Of a stretch of DNA of 64,000 nucleotides, positions 1-9,818 are shown piece after piece. Under the pieces are notes generated by a model, which saw only the letters and a program-made list of their open reading frames with translations, searched no databases and had not been told where the DNA came from. The translations under genes and the position numbers were made by a program. Origin of the DNA: Syntrophomonadaceae bacterium (GTDB taxonomy: Bacteria > Bacillota > Dethiobacteria > DTU022); NCBI GenBank assembly GCA_007121075.1, contig SKMK01000024.1, positions 1,016 through 65,015 of the forward strand. Reading direction: 5' to 3'. How positions within the stretch are numbered: the first letter of the stretch is position 1; each line of letters starts with the position of its first letter.

Positions 1-263
1 GCCTTTATTTCCGCCTGCTCGCTGCGGGGCCGGCGGAAGTGACTGTTTAAACCTTCTATCAAGGGTATCTCAATTTGGCCCGGTCCAAGGTTCAAACGGC
101 TTTCCACATAGCGTAGTGCATCTATGGAGATCAGGGCCGCTTCGTCACTTGAAACTTCCTTTTTCGAGCGAATCTCTGATGCCAGGTGGTTCAACAGGGT
201 CTTGGCCTGCACCGAGTGGGCCTGGCTAATTATTCGCTGCCGGTAGTAAACAGGTCTTCCCAT
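1..263 (-). CDS. 5' part of a gene running off the window; resembles the N-terminus of DUF1670-type proteins
   Basis: ATG at 263 after AGGCGGTGAGG; open frame MGRPVYYRQRIISQAHSVQAKTLLNHL...LGPGQIEIPLIEGLNSHFRRPRSEQ to the edge; family call from memory only. Confidence 0.5.
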   Translation of the reverse strand, partial: MGRPVYYRQRIISQAHSVQAKTLLNHLASEIRSKKEVSSDEAALISIDALRYVESRLNLGPGQIEIPLIEGLNSHFRRPRSEQAEIK

Positions 264-822
264 TTTCCTCACCGCCTGCTTTTTGCTACCGTCTTTATTA
301 AACCAGTGACCTGGGTTTTCCTGTTAAATAGCCTTTTTATTCAGGAAAAGGCGTTCGTGTGGATTTGTGGATAATCCGCTTTAGATAGGCAGATTAACCA
401 CAAGCTCCACACTTCACTTGCTTTCACCATACATTATGCTGTGATACAATTAGATCCAACCCGAGATGTTAGATCAAATGCCGGTTGATGAAGAAAGCCC
501 CGTGCATGCAGTAAGCGCAGTTTGTTTTTGGCGCAAGTCTGATAGAAATTTTGCCCCGACTTTTACAGTTTAAAAAGGCGAAAGCCCCAGTTATGTTGAT
601 AAAAATGGGCTTTTTTAAATCTCGCGTTAAATAATTTTTGTTATGCTACAGTTTGATGTTTTTCAAGGAATTGTTGAACGCCTCCCGCCGCAAACAAATA
701 TTGTAGTAGTCTCCTGCCGTAAATTACTGGTGCAGGTATAACCCCTAGTCACACTTCACATTCCGTTTTGTAGAAATCTTTTAATTCAAGATCTGACCCC
801 AACAAAAAATTTTGATCAGGGG

Positions 823-851
823 TTGACAGGGGGTTGGAATCAGGGTAATAT
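823..851 (+). promoter_or_regulatory. sigmaA promoter of tetR
   Basis: TTGACA(823-828)-17 bp-TAATAT(846-851). Confidence 0.8.
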
Positions 852-855
852 AAAC

Positions 856-872
856 ATACCGACGGTCGGTAT
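856..872. promoter_or_regulatory. TetR operator 1
   Basis: Perfect palindrome ATACCGAC-G-GTCGGTAT just downstream of the -10. Confidence 0.8.
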
Positions 873-914
873 CTCGAATGATTGATGGTTAATTATCAAA
901 CGGAGGCCGCGAAA

Positions 915-1613
915 ATGTCTGAAACACTGCGAAAAGACAACCGGAAACACGAATTCATGGCTGCCGCCCTGGAGCTATTTTACCGGAAAGGCTATGAGAA
1001 TACGACGATCAAGGATATCATTGATGAACTGGGGGTTTCCAAGGGCGCCTTCTACCATTACTTCGAGTCCAAGGAAGATATTATAATAACCATCGCCACC
1101 GAGTTTACCCGCCGGGCGGCCAGCATAGTTAAGGAGATTTTTGAGCGTCCCGGCCTGACGGCGCTGGAAAAGATGAACCTTGCTTTCGAATCGCTCAATG
1201 AATACAAGATCAGGGAATCGGAGTGGCGGACCAAGTTCAAGGGCGCGATCCAGAATGATGAAAACCTGAAACTACAAAATATGATCATCAATTCTATGAA
1301 AAATGAAATTCGCGGCCTCTATGCCGAATTGGTCGAAACCGGGGTCAAAGAAGGGGTGTTTGGCGACCCCGTTGATTCTATGGACATGGCCGAATTTCTG
1401 CTTGATGTCGGCTTTAACCTGACCGGGGCGCTACATGACCTGCAAAACAGCTACTACGACCGGGAAAACGGTATCAGTTACGAGGAGTTCCTGGAAAGGT
1501 TGGACCGAAAAGTCTATTTTTATGAAGTAGTCCTGGAAAGGATGTTACAGGTCAGGGAAGGAAAAATTGACCTGCGCGGCCCGGTTATGAAACGGGTCCG
1601 ATTGATGGAGTAA
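915..1613 (+). CDS. TetR/AcrR family regulator
   Basis: HTH ELFYRKGYENTTIKDIIDELGVSKGAFYHYFESKE; GGAGG at 902 favours ATG 915. Confidence 0.93.
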   Translation: MSETLRKDNRKHEFMAAALELFYRKGYENTTIKDIIDELGVSKGAFYHYFESKEDIIITIATEFTRRAASIVKEIFERPGLTALEKMNLAFESLNEYKIRESEWRTKFKGAIQNDENLKLQNMIINSMKNEIRGLYAELVETGVKEGVFGDPVDSMDMAEFLLDVGFNLTGALHDLQNSYYDRENGISYEEFLERLDRKVYFYEVVLERMLQVREGKIDLRGPVMKRVRLME

Positions 1614-1624
1614 AAAAATTTTCA

Positions 1625-1653
1625 CAAAACATACCTACGGTCGGTATGTTTTG
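1625..1653. promoter_or_regulatory. TetR operator 2
   Basis: CAAAACATACCTACGGTCGGTATGTTTTG; core differs from operator 1 by one base. Confidence 0.8.
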
Positions 1654-1659
1654 CAGATG

Positions 1660-1688
1660 GTGACAGTTGGGTCCGTCCCCACTGTCAC
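1660..1688. repeat. REP-like hairpin, copy 1
   Basis: GTGACAGT-tgggtccgtcccc-ACTGTCAC; related copy at 5675-5704. Confidence 0.6.
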
Positions 1689-1717
1689 ACAAAGCACATG
1701 AAAGGGAGTGGAGGTTA

Positions 1718-4381
1718 ATGGAAAAAGTCGGGTTCGTAAAGTTGCTTAATGAAGTTGGTAAGGAAGATTTGCCTGCTGCCGGAGGCAAGGGCGCCAACCT
1801 GGGCGAGATGATTAAAGCCGGCCTGCCGGTTCCGGAAGGCTTTGTGCTGCTGGTTGATTCATACCGCGAGTTTGTTGAGGCCAACGGTCTGGAAAAGCAG
1901 ATCGAAAAGCTTTTGGCCGGGCTGGATGAAAAAGTAAATGAAAGCAGTGAATGCGCTGTTTCAGCTGAAAGAGCGATAATTCTTAAGGAAACCGCGGAAG
2001 AGATCAAGGGACTGTTTGCCGGTGGCAAAATCCCGGAAGGGGTCAAGGAAGATATCAACCGGGCCTATGAAGAACTGGGCCGCCCCGGGGTGGCTGTCCG
2101 TTCATCGGCTACGGCTGAAGATCTGCCCGGTGCTTCTTTTGCCGGCCAGTACAGCACTTTTTTAAATATCAAGGGAGAAGAAAAGCTTTATGAAGCCGTA
2201 AAAAACTGCTGGGCTTCGCTTTGGAATGAGCGGGCCGTTTCTTACCGGGCCCGTCAGGGCATTGGCAGCAAAGACCTGGCCCACGGAGTAGTGGTTCAGA
2301 AGCTGATTGACTCGGAAAAATCGGGGGTTATGTTTACGGCCAAGCCGGTGAACGGGCGCAGAGATCAGGTCTCGCTCAGCTCATCCTGGGGCCTCGGTGA
2401 AGCGATTGTTTCAGGCGAAGTTGAGCCGGACCAGTGGGTGATCGACAAAAAAAAGGGCCGGGTGATCAGTGAATATATCGCCGTCAAAAAAGTAATGACT
2501 GTAAAAAGGGAAGGAGGCAGCGAGCTAGCAGACATAGATGAGCAGAGGCAAGCTGCAGTTACTCTTAATGAAGAGGAAAGAAGTGAACTGCTCAAGCTGG
2601 CCCTGGATGTGGAAGAATACTTTGGTTTTCCCCAGGATATCGAGTGGGCTTATGAAGGGGGCCGCTTTTACCTGGTCCAGACCAGGCCGATTACTGCCCT
2701 GTTCCCCGTTCCTGACGCCTGCGGCCATGAAGATGAACTGCGGATTTATGTCAATATCAACATGGCCTGGCAGGCGGTCAAAGATCCCTTTACCCCCCTC
2801 GGGTTCGACTTCTTTGAAGAGCTGACCAGGGACATGGTATCAAGGCTTAGCAAAGGCCGGCCCAAAAAAGAAGAACTTGACCTGTGGTGGTTTCATAACC
2901 TGGCCGGCAGGATGTTTTTCGACATGACCGATCTGCTCAGGCTGGAAAGAGTTCAGAACAGGCTTAAACAAAAATCGCTTGACCCCCTGGACCGGGAGCC
3001 GATGACGACGAAAGCGCTTCTACAGGTCATGGAGCAAAATAAAGCTGAGCTGATGGCCGGTGACAGGGAAAAACCCAACCTGAGAAGGTTGATCCATCCG
3101 GGGTTGGTAGGCCTGTTGCTGAATGTAATGGGCAAGGCGTTATACGGCGCATTCAATCCGGAAAAGGGCAGAGAGAAAGCGTTTCGGATAGCTGAAAATA
3201 CAATCGCCCGCCTGGAACAGGAAAGCCGCTCCCTGAAGACGGTTGAAGAGAGACTTAAATTTGTCGAGGATAACTGCGGCGCAGTATTTATGGGCGTAAC
3301 CTCGGGGTTTTTTTACGGTGTCCTGACCCTGCGCGTCATGGACCGGGTCAAGGAAGTGCTGGAAAAAAACCAGCTTGATCCTACCGAGCTGGAAAATGCA
3401 GGCAAGGCACTGCCCTACAACGTGACCACGGAAATGGGGATGGACCTGCTCAGGGCGGCTAAAAGCTTAGATGAAAGAGAAAAGAGGGCCGCTCCCGGAG
3501 AGGAAGAGGTGACTGCTTTTCTTGACAAGTACGGCCATAAATCTTCCTTTGAATTCGATGTTGGGACCGCAACCTGGAAAGAGGAACCGGGATATATCCT
3601 GGACCTGATCAATTACTATATCGATAGCAAAGATTACGATCAGCGCATAGAGCGGTTTTACCGCGAGCAGCAGGAGGCTGAAGAGGCCATTGAGCGGATC
3701 GAAAGTGAACTGAAGGCGGCAGCCGGCAGGGGAGCAGCCCGGCGGGCCGGGAAAATGCTCCGGGGTTACCGGCAGCTGTTCGGCATGCGGGAAGTGCCCA
3801 AGTTCTACGGTTCCAAGGCTTTCGGTATCTTCCGGGCGGTGATGATTGAGGCCGGTGAAGAACTGACCAAAGAAGGACGGCTGGAAGATAAATTGGACAT
3901 ATTTTACCTGACCCGGGAGGATATCCGTTCCTACCATGATTTAAAGCCCCTGGTGGAGCAGAAAAAACCTGGTTACTACCGGGATTTGAACCGCCCCGCT
4001 CCCAGGATCCTGACCGGCACCGGGGAGAGCATTTATGCCGTGGTTGACCGGGTGGCCGAAAATGCTTACCGGGGGATAGCCGTTTCGCCGGGGGTTTATG
4101 AGGGCAGGGTTAAAATCCTTGCCGATCCCTCCGAAGGTGGCAAGCTTGAAAGCGGAGACATCCTGATTACCGTGGCCACCAACCCGGCCTGGACCCCGTT
4201 GTTCTTGAGGATCGGGGCTCTGGTCATGGAAACGGGCGGGAGCATGTCGCACGGGTCGATCGTATCGCGGGAGTACGGGCTTCCGGCGGTAGCCGGGGTG
4301 GCCAACGTCACCACTGACCTGAAAGACGGCCAGAAGGTCAGGGTAAACGGGGAAACGGGCATTGTGGAAATCCTGGATTGA
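1718..4381 (+). CDS. PEP-synthase-like phosphotransferase with rifampin phosphotransferase (RPH) architecture
   Basis: ATP-grasp (GGKGANLGEM, VRSSATAED, QDIEWA, VQTRPIT), large central domain, C-terminal His swivel (GSMSHGSIVSREYG); RBS GGAGG before ATG 1718. Confidence 0.88.
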   Translation: MEKVGFVKLLNEVGKEDLPAAGGKGANLGEMIKAGLPVPEGFVLLVDSYREFVEANGLEKQIEKLLAGLDEKVNESSECAVSAERAIILKETAEEIKGLFAGGKIPEGVKEDINRAYEELGRPGVAVRSSATAEDLPGASFAGQYSTFLNIKGEEKLYEAVKNCWASLWNERAVSYRARQGIGSKDLAHGVVVQKLIDSEKSGVMFTAKPVNGRRDQVSLSSSWGLGEAIVSGEVEPDQWVIDKKKGRVISEYIAVKKVMTVKREGGSELADIDEQRQAAVTLNEEERSELLKLALDVEEYFGFPQDIEWAYEGGRFYLVQTRPITALFPVPDACGHEDELRIYVNINMAWQAVKDPFTPLGFDFFEELTRDMVSRLSKGRPKKEELDLWWFHNLAGRMFFDMTDLLRLERVQNRLKQKSLDPLDREPMTTKALLQVMEQNKAELMAGDREKPNLRRLIHPGLVGLLLNVMGKALYGAFNPEKGREKAFRIAENTIARLEQESRSLKTVEERLKFVEDNCGAVFMGVTSGFFYGVLTLRVMDRVKEVLEKNQLDPTELENAGKALPYNVTTEMGMDLLRAAKSLDEREKRAAPGEEEVTAFLDKYGHKSSFEFDVGTATWKEEPGYILDLINYYIDSKDYDQRIERFYREQQEAEEAIERIESELKAAAGRGAARRAGKMLRGYRQLFGMREVPKFYGSKAFGIFRAVMIEAGEELTKEGRLEDKLDIFYLTREDIRSYHDLKPLVEQKKPGYYRDLNRPAPRILTGTGESIYAVVDRVAENAYRGIAVSPGVYEGRVKILADPSEGGKLESGDILITVATNPAWTPLFLRIGALVMETGGSMSHGSIVSREYGLPAVAGVANVTTDLKDGQKVRVNGETGIVEILD

Positions 4382-4508
4382 ACTTGAAGGATGTTATTAA
4401 GCCGGTTTGCTCCGGCAGGCACCACGGCGGCCGTGGCAGCACAAGCCGGTTATATATCAAACTCAGAAGAGCCCACCGGGTTATATCTACAGGGGAAGGG
4501 GCTGGATT

Positions 4509-5672
4509 ATGAACCAAAAAAATATTGTCATTCTATTCATAAGCATCGTTATCGCCATGCTCGGCTACGGGATGGCCTACACCGTCCTGCCTTTTTTCAT
4601 CGAAGAAATGGGGGGAGGAGGAGCCCAGTTCGGGACTTTACTGTTCCTGTTCGGACTGATGCAGCTGCTGTTTGCCCCGGTCTGGGGAAAAGTTTCCGAC
4701 AAGTATGGCCGCAGGCCGATCCTGGTTGTCGGCATGATCGGCCTGGGCAGCGCCATGGTTTTCTTCGGCTTTGCCACCGAAATCTGGATGCTTTACGTGG
4801 CCCAGGTCGGTTCAGGTGTATTATCGAGTGCCATGCTGCCGGTATCGATGGCCTACATCAGCGACAGCAGCAGCGAGGATTCCAGAAGCGGGGCCATGGG
4901 CAAGATCGGGGCCGCCGCCGGACTCGGGGTAATAATCGGCCCCGGCTTTGCCGGCCTCCTGGCCGGGATATCGCTTACCTTTCCCTTCTTTGTTGCCGCC
5001 GGGTTTTGCCTGCTGACCTGTATTACCATCCTGCTCCTGCTTCCGGAGTCCCTGCCCCCGGAGAAGCGATCGGAAACCTTAGAAAATATCACCCTGATGG
5101 AAGTGAGGGGTATGGGCCAGGCCCTTTATACCCCGATTGCCCTGGCCCTAATCATCGCTTTTGCCATCAACTTTGGCAAGTCGAATTTTACCGGGGCTTA
5201 CGCCCTCTTTGCCGCCGGCACGTTTGGTTTTGGCACCGAAGAAGTGGGCACTATCTTGATGGTGACCGGCTTGATTTATGCCCTGGCCCAGGGATTGGTG
5301 ATCGGCCCCCTGACCAAAAAATTGGGTGAAGGGGGCGTGATCAAGCTGTCCCTTGCCGGCAGCGCTGCCGGCTTTTACCTGATGCTGCTGGCGGTTGACT
5401 ATGTGACCATGCTCGTCACGGTGGGCCTGTTCAACCTGTTTAATGCCCTGCTTAAGCCCTCTACCATGGCCTTCATCTCAAAAAAAACCACCATCACCCA
5501 GGGCTCGGCCATGGGCATTGCCGAATCCTACATGAGTCTGGGCCGGATGATCGGGCCCCTGTGGGCTGGCTACATGCTTGATGTCAACCTTAACCTGCCC
5601 TACATCAGCGGGGCCGTATTTTTCCTGTTCATTTTCACAGTCAGCCTGGTGCTGAAAGACAAGCTCCGCTGA
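4509..5672 (+). CDS. MFS drug:H+ antiporter (DHA1/TetA-like)
   Basis: Motif A GKVSDKYGRRP, motif C GVIIGPGFAG, about 12 hydrophobic segments. Confidence 0.9.
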   Translation: MNQKNIVILFISIVIAMLGYGMAYTVLPFFIEEMGGGGAQFGTLLFLFGLMQLLFAPVWGKVSDKYGRRPILVVGMIGLGSAMVFFGFATEIWMLYVAQVGSGVLSSAMLPVSMAYISDSSSEDSRSGAMGKIGAAAGLGVIIGPGFAGLLAGISLTFPFFVAAGFCLLTCITILLLLPESLPPEKRSETLENITLMEVRGMGQALYTPIALALIIAFAINFGKSNFTGAYALFAAGTFGFGTEEVGTILMVTGLIYALAQGLVIGPLTKKLGEGGVIKLSLAGSAAGFYLMLLAVDYVTMLVTVGLFNLFNALLKPSTMAFISKKTTITQGSAMGIAESYMSLGRMIGPLWAGYMLDVNLNLPYISGAVFFLFIFTVSLVLKDKLR

Positions 5673-5674
5673 AT

Positions 5675-5704
5675 GTGACAAAATTGCCCCGCCCCCACTG
5701 TCAC
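5675..5704. repeat. REP-like hairpin, copy 2
   Basis: GTGACAaaattgccccgcccccacTGTCAC; shares CCGyCCCCACTGTCAC with copy 1. Confidence 0.6.
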
Positions 5705-5743
5705 TCCTTCTTTTTAATGTCCTGCGGCTTCCCGGATTATCGA

Positions 5744-6100
5744 TCAATCCAGGAAGCGCTGGATCTCGACAGTGTAGCCGTCCGGATCAGTCAGGAAGAA
5801 GTGGTAAATGTTGAAGCGGGGGTTGGTTTTTGGCCCGCCTGCCATTTCGGTACCCTTTTCTTTCAGCCTTGCATACCACCTGTCCACGTCTTTTGCCAGG
5901 AAGGTCAGGATCGGGCTCTTTTCCCGGGCAGTCACCGCCATGTGGGAGCAAAACCCAATCATTCCTCCGCCGGGAACTTTGTAAATCCGGCACAAGCCCT
6001 GATCCTTGTAAAGTTCAAGTTCAAGCTTGCCCCGATAAAAACTGTCTGTTTCTGACAGGTCGGACACGCCAAAAAATGCAATCGATCCGCTAAAAGACAT
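5744..6100 (-). CDS. VOC/glyoxalase family protein
   Basis: DLSETDSFY...FFLTDPDGYTVEIQ; RBS GGGGGAGG. Confidence 0.85.
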   Translation of the reverse strand: MSFSGSIAFFGVSDLSETDSFYRGKLELELYKDQGLCRIYKVPGGGMIGFCSHMAVTAREKSPILTFLAKDVDRWYARLKEKGTEMAGGPKTNPRFNIYHFFLTDPDGYTVEIQRFLD

Positions 6101-6610
6101 ATAAATTCCTCCCCCTTGTGGGTCCGGTTTGTTTTAGTATTTTAAATCAAAACGGCTTCTCTTAGAAGGATCTTAATCTATTTTCACCCATTAGCATAGA
6201 TGATTAAGGTGGTATTATAAACTTTCAGCCGATTAGATGCGGCCTCAATATACCTGCAAAACAGGAGAAATTTTTACAGCTTTTGCTGTAAAAGAATGGG
6301 ATAATAGTGGGGGCAAGATTTTCAGAAAGCGGGGAAATAGAGTCAACTACAATAAAAGGAGCAAGTAAAGAAAAAATACCCGGTGGAAACGGTCAGTGGG
6401 AACCGCATACTTTAAAGCTAAAATCGGGGTCAGTTGCCGGCCGGATCGACTTGGTTCCTTTTATCGAGCTGGAGTCTGTTGAGGTATTTCTGGCAGAAAA
6501 CTTATTGTTCCAGTTGCCAAAATACAGGCTTTACTTTTTATAACCCGTTTAAAGGAATCTATAAATACTTTGAAGAATAAACCTGATAATAAGGAGGAGG
6601 AAAAACCATT

Positions 6611-7900
6611 ATGAAAATACATTATCCCCTGCTGCAGCATGTGGGAGCCCCGGCCGTACCTGTTGTTGCCCCCGGCGATACTGTAAGCAGGGGCCGGCTC
6701 TTAGCTGAACCGAACGGCCTGGGAGCGAATATTCACGCCGGAGTATCGGGAACAGTAGAAGAGGTCGCCGGCGACAGGATAATTGTAACCGGAGAAGAAA
6801 AGCAAAGAGCTGATTTTATACCAATTGATGAACCTTCCGATTACCTCGAGGCAATCAGTGAAGCAGGCATTGTCGGCGCAGGCGGAGCCGGTTTTCCCAC
6901 CGCTATAAAGATTAAATCTCTAAAAAACGCAAAAATGGTTATTGCCAACGGAACGGAATGCGAGCCCATGCTTCAGCATAACATAAAGTTTATGCAGGAC
7001 CATCCAGATGTTCTGATCCGGGGCCTAAAATATTTGCAGGAAATAACAGGGGCTCCGATCGCCTTGATCGTTTTAAAAGAAAAAAACAAAGCGATGGCTC
7101 AAGAGCTGCATAAAATGTGTACGCAGGAAAAGCGAATTCGGATTAAATTGCTGCCCGATCGATACCCCGCCGGAGATGAAAGGGTTATTGTACGGGAATT
7201 GGTGGGTCTGGAAATGAAACCAGGTGAGCTGCCTACAGAAAACGGCCTGCTGATTCAAAATGTGGAGACCATAAAGCGGATCGTAGAGGCTATTGAACTC
7301 CGGAAGCCCTTTATCGACAAGGATATTACCGTGGCGGGGCGAGTTCGAAACGCCCAAAAAGGACGGCCCTTTATGGATGTTCCCCTCGGGATGCCGGTTG
7401 GACTTTACATTGAAGCTGCCGGTGGAGTTATAGAACCGCATGGAGAAATTGTTGTAGGCGGCCCTTTCACTGGCAAATCAGGAACATTTTCTTCGCCGGT
7501 CATTAAGACCACGGGGGGAATAATGGTCGGCATGCCTTTTCCCAGGGCAGAGAAGGTATTTGGTGTTCTGGCCTGCGAATGCGGGGCCCAGGAAGAAAGA
7601 TTGTATAAGATTGCCCGGGAAATGGGAGCAAAAGAGGTAATCGCTGCCAAATGTAAGAGGATGGAAGAAGTTAACGGACGCTTTCGCTGCACCAAGCCCG
7701 GGATATGCCCGGGCCAGGCGGAAACGGTCATAGAATTTAAGAAAAAAGGGGTTGATGCGCTGCTAACCGGTTCCTGTGAAGAATGAACTAATACCATTAC
7801 TGATGTAGCTCCTCGTGTAGGAGTTCCGGTTTACCACAGCACAGACCATATCATGAGAGCGGCTGGAAATCGCCTGGTTAGAAAAACAAAGTCTAAATAA
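6611..7900 (+). CDS. prdC: Proline reductase-associated electron transfer protein PrdC, probable selenoprotein (UGA 7784-7786)
   Basis: RnfC-like (GIVGAGGAGFPT, NGTECEP, YPAGDE); frame continues past TGA as C-E-E-U-TNTITDVAPRVGVPVYHSTDHIMR to TAA 7898-7900. Confidence 0.88.
7807..7825 (+). promoter_or_regulatory. Candidate SECIS of prdC
   Basis: Hairpin AGCTCCT-cgtgt-AGGAGTT starting 20 nt after the UGA. Confidence 0.55.
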
Positions 7901-7930
7901 ATTATTTTTAAGTAAAGGCAGGTGTTGTTT

Positions 7931-9784
7931 GTGTCCATTACACCCGAAGACGCGAAGCGTTATGAAGATGAGCCAGCAGTGTTATGCTGTCGTAAGGATA
8001 AAGGATCAGAAATTGATGCCGCCAGCCTGGAAGAGCCGTCTATTCTTCCCGATCTAATTGATTCCGGCCTGTTGGCTATTCCTGATGATTGTTTAACTAT
8101 AGGGGAGGCTTTGGGAACCAGATTGAACCGGGATGTTGACGCTCTTTCTCCTTTAACGCCTGATTTGGTAGAAGGGGAAGTAGCCTCTTCGGCTCCGGCG
8201 CAGGCTGAAAGACCGAAACAGCAACCCAAAGCAGAGGCGGCTGGCCGGAACGATTTCTCTCAGGCCCAGCCTCCTGCCGGCAGTGTTAAAATAAAAATTG
8301 GTAAAGGTGAAGATATTTACCTGGAAATACCGGTAGGCACATCCGGAATGCAAAATGTTCCGGCACAGGTTGGTGAAGAAATACAGGAAGGCCGGGAAGC
8401 TCAGGTAAAAGCGGCAGGTGAAAAAGAACAGAAGAGAACAGTTGAAGAGAGGAAACTTGTTCGCAAGTATTACCCGGTTGAAAAGATAGAATTTGGTTCG
8501 GAAACCAGGCTCGAGGGGAATACCCTTTATATAAGGGAAAGCATTGTCGAAGAAGCCGCCGCTCAAAATGACCTGGTTGTTTCGCTTAAACTCGATATTG
8601 TTACTCCGGAAGATTATAAAAAATACAGTGAAACCATTCTCGATGTTCAGCCTGTAGCGACTAAAGAAGGAGATAGCTCTCTTGGAAGCGGTGTTACCAG
8701 GGCTCTGGATGGAGTGGTTGTCCTGGTTACCGGCACCGATGCCGAAGGAGTGCAAATCGGTGAGTTTGGTTCCACCGAAGGTAAACCGGAAGAAACAATC
8801 ATGTGGGGAAGACCCGGGGCCCCCGATACAGGCGATATTATCATAAAAACCGAAGCCGTCATCAAAGCAAAAATGAACATGGAAAGAAGAGGCCCTGTTG
8901 CCGTGCACGAGGTGACCGATTATATAATCCAGGAGATTCGAGAAGCGCTCAAACAGGCCGATGAAAACATGTTTGACCGGGAAGAGGAACTGGCCTATAA
9001 AAGAAGACCGCATCAGAAAAAGGTGCTGGTGATAAAAGAAATCATGGGCCAGGGAGCCATGCATGATAATGCCGTTTTACCTGCCGAGCCAGGCGGGCTG
9101 GATGGCAGTATATCCATAATTGACCTGGGTAACCTGCCGGTGGTTTTAAATCCCCTGGAAGCTCTTGATGGTGGGGTGCATGCTCTAACTTGTGTAGGTC
9201 CGGCATCCAAAGAAAATACCAGGCATTACTGGAGAGAACCTCTGATTTTAGAAGTCCTTAACGACGAAGAACTGGATCTGGCCGGCATCGCTTTTATCGG
9301 ATCCCCTCATTTGAACTCAGAGAAATACTTTGTTTCTGAAAGGCTGGGCATGATGGTGGAAGCAATGGATGTTGACGGAGTTTTTATAGGAACTGAAGGT
9401 TTCGGCAACAACCATATTGATTTTGCTATTCATCATTACCAGATGGGAATTCGCGGCATTCCAGTCGTGGGGCTTACTTTTTCCGCCGTTCAGGGCGCCC
9501 TGGTGATGGGGAATGAGTATATGAGGAACATGATTGAACTAAACAAATCGGAAGAAGGAATCGAAAACGAAGTTCTGGCCAATAATACTCTTTGCCCTGA
9601 AGATGCTGTGCGGGCCACATCCATGTTGAAAGCGGTAATGGCCGGCAAAGAAATCAAAGCTGCGGAAAGCTCGTACAACCGGAACGTTAAAGAAAATAAC
9701 CTGGATCTAATCAAATCACAAACCGGCAGGAATGTTGAAGCTGTCCCCAATGAAACCTCATTATCATCCCGTAGAGGGGAATAG
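7931..9784 (+). CDS. prdA: D-proline reductase proprotein PrdA
   Basis: MSITPEDAK..PAVLCCR start; IMGQGAMHDN; pyruvoyl site HALT|CVGPASKE; EGFGNNHIDF. Confidence 0.93.
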   Translation: MSITPEDAKRYEDEPAVLCCRKDKGSEIDAASLEEPSILPDLIDSGLLAIPDDCLTIGEALGTRLNRDVDALSPLTPDLVEGEVASSAPAQAERPKQQPKAEAAGRNDFSQAQPPAGSVKIKIGKGEDIYLEIPVGTSGMQNVPAQVGEEIQEGREAQVKAAGEKEQKRTVEERKLVRKYYPVEKIEFGSETRLEGNTLYIRESIVEEAAAQNDLVVSLKLDIVTPEDYKKYSETILDVQPVATKEGDSSLGSGVTRALDGVVVLVTGTDAEGVQIGEFGSTEGKPEETIMWGRPGAPDTGDIIIKTEAVIKAKMNMERRGPVAVHEVTDYIIQEIREALKQADENMFDREEELAYKRRPHQKKVLVIKEIMGQGAMHDNAVLPAEPGGLDGSISIIDLGNLPVVLNPLEALDGGVHALTCVGPASKENTRHYWREPLILEVLNDEELDLAGIAFIGSPHLNSEKYFVSERLGMMVEAMDVDGVFIGTEGFGNNHIDFAIHHYQMGIRGIPVVGLTFSAVQGALVMGNEYMRNMIELNKSEEGIENEVLANNTLCPEDAVRATSMLKAVMAGKEIKAAESSYNRNVKENNLDLIKSQTGRNVEAVPNETSLSSRRGE

Positions 9785-9818
9785 GCTTAAGTCTAAAGAT
9801 CATAAAGGAGGTAATATA

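Noticed and set aside
4391-5329. 312-aa alternative-frame ORF over the MFS gene
   Set aside because: Arg/Pro/His-rich shadow frame of a GC-rich gene; no motifs.
6307-6543. 78-aa ORF upstream of prdC and a possible sigma54 promoter
   Set aside because: No RBS or recognisable motif; TGGCA at about 6491 lacks a correctly spaced TTGC.
8153-9064. 303-aa antisense ORF inside prdA
   Set aside because: Phe-rich mirror of a Lys/Glu-rich sense gene; no RBS or motifs.
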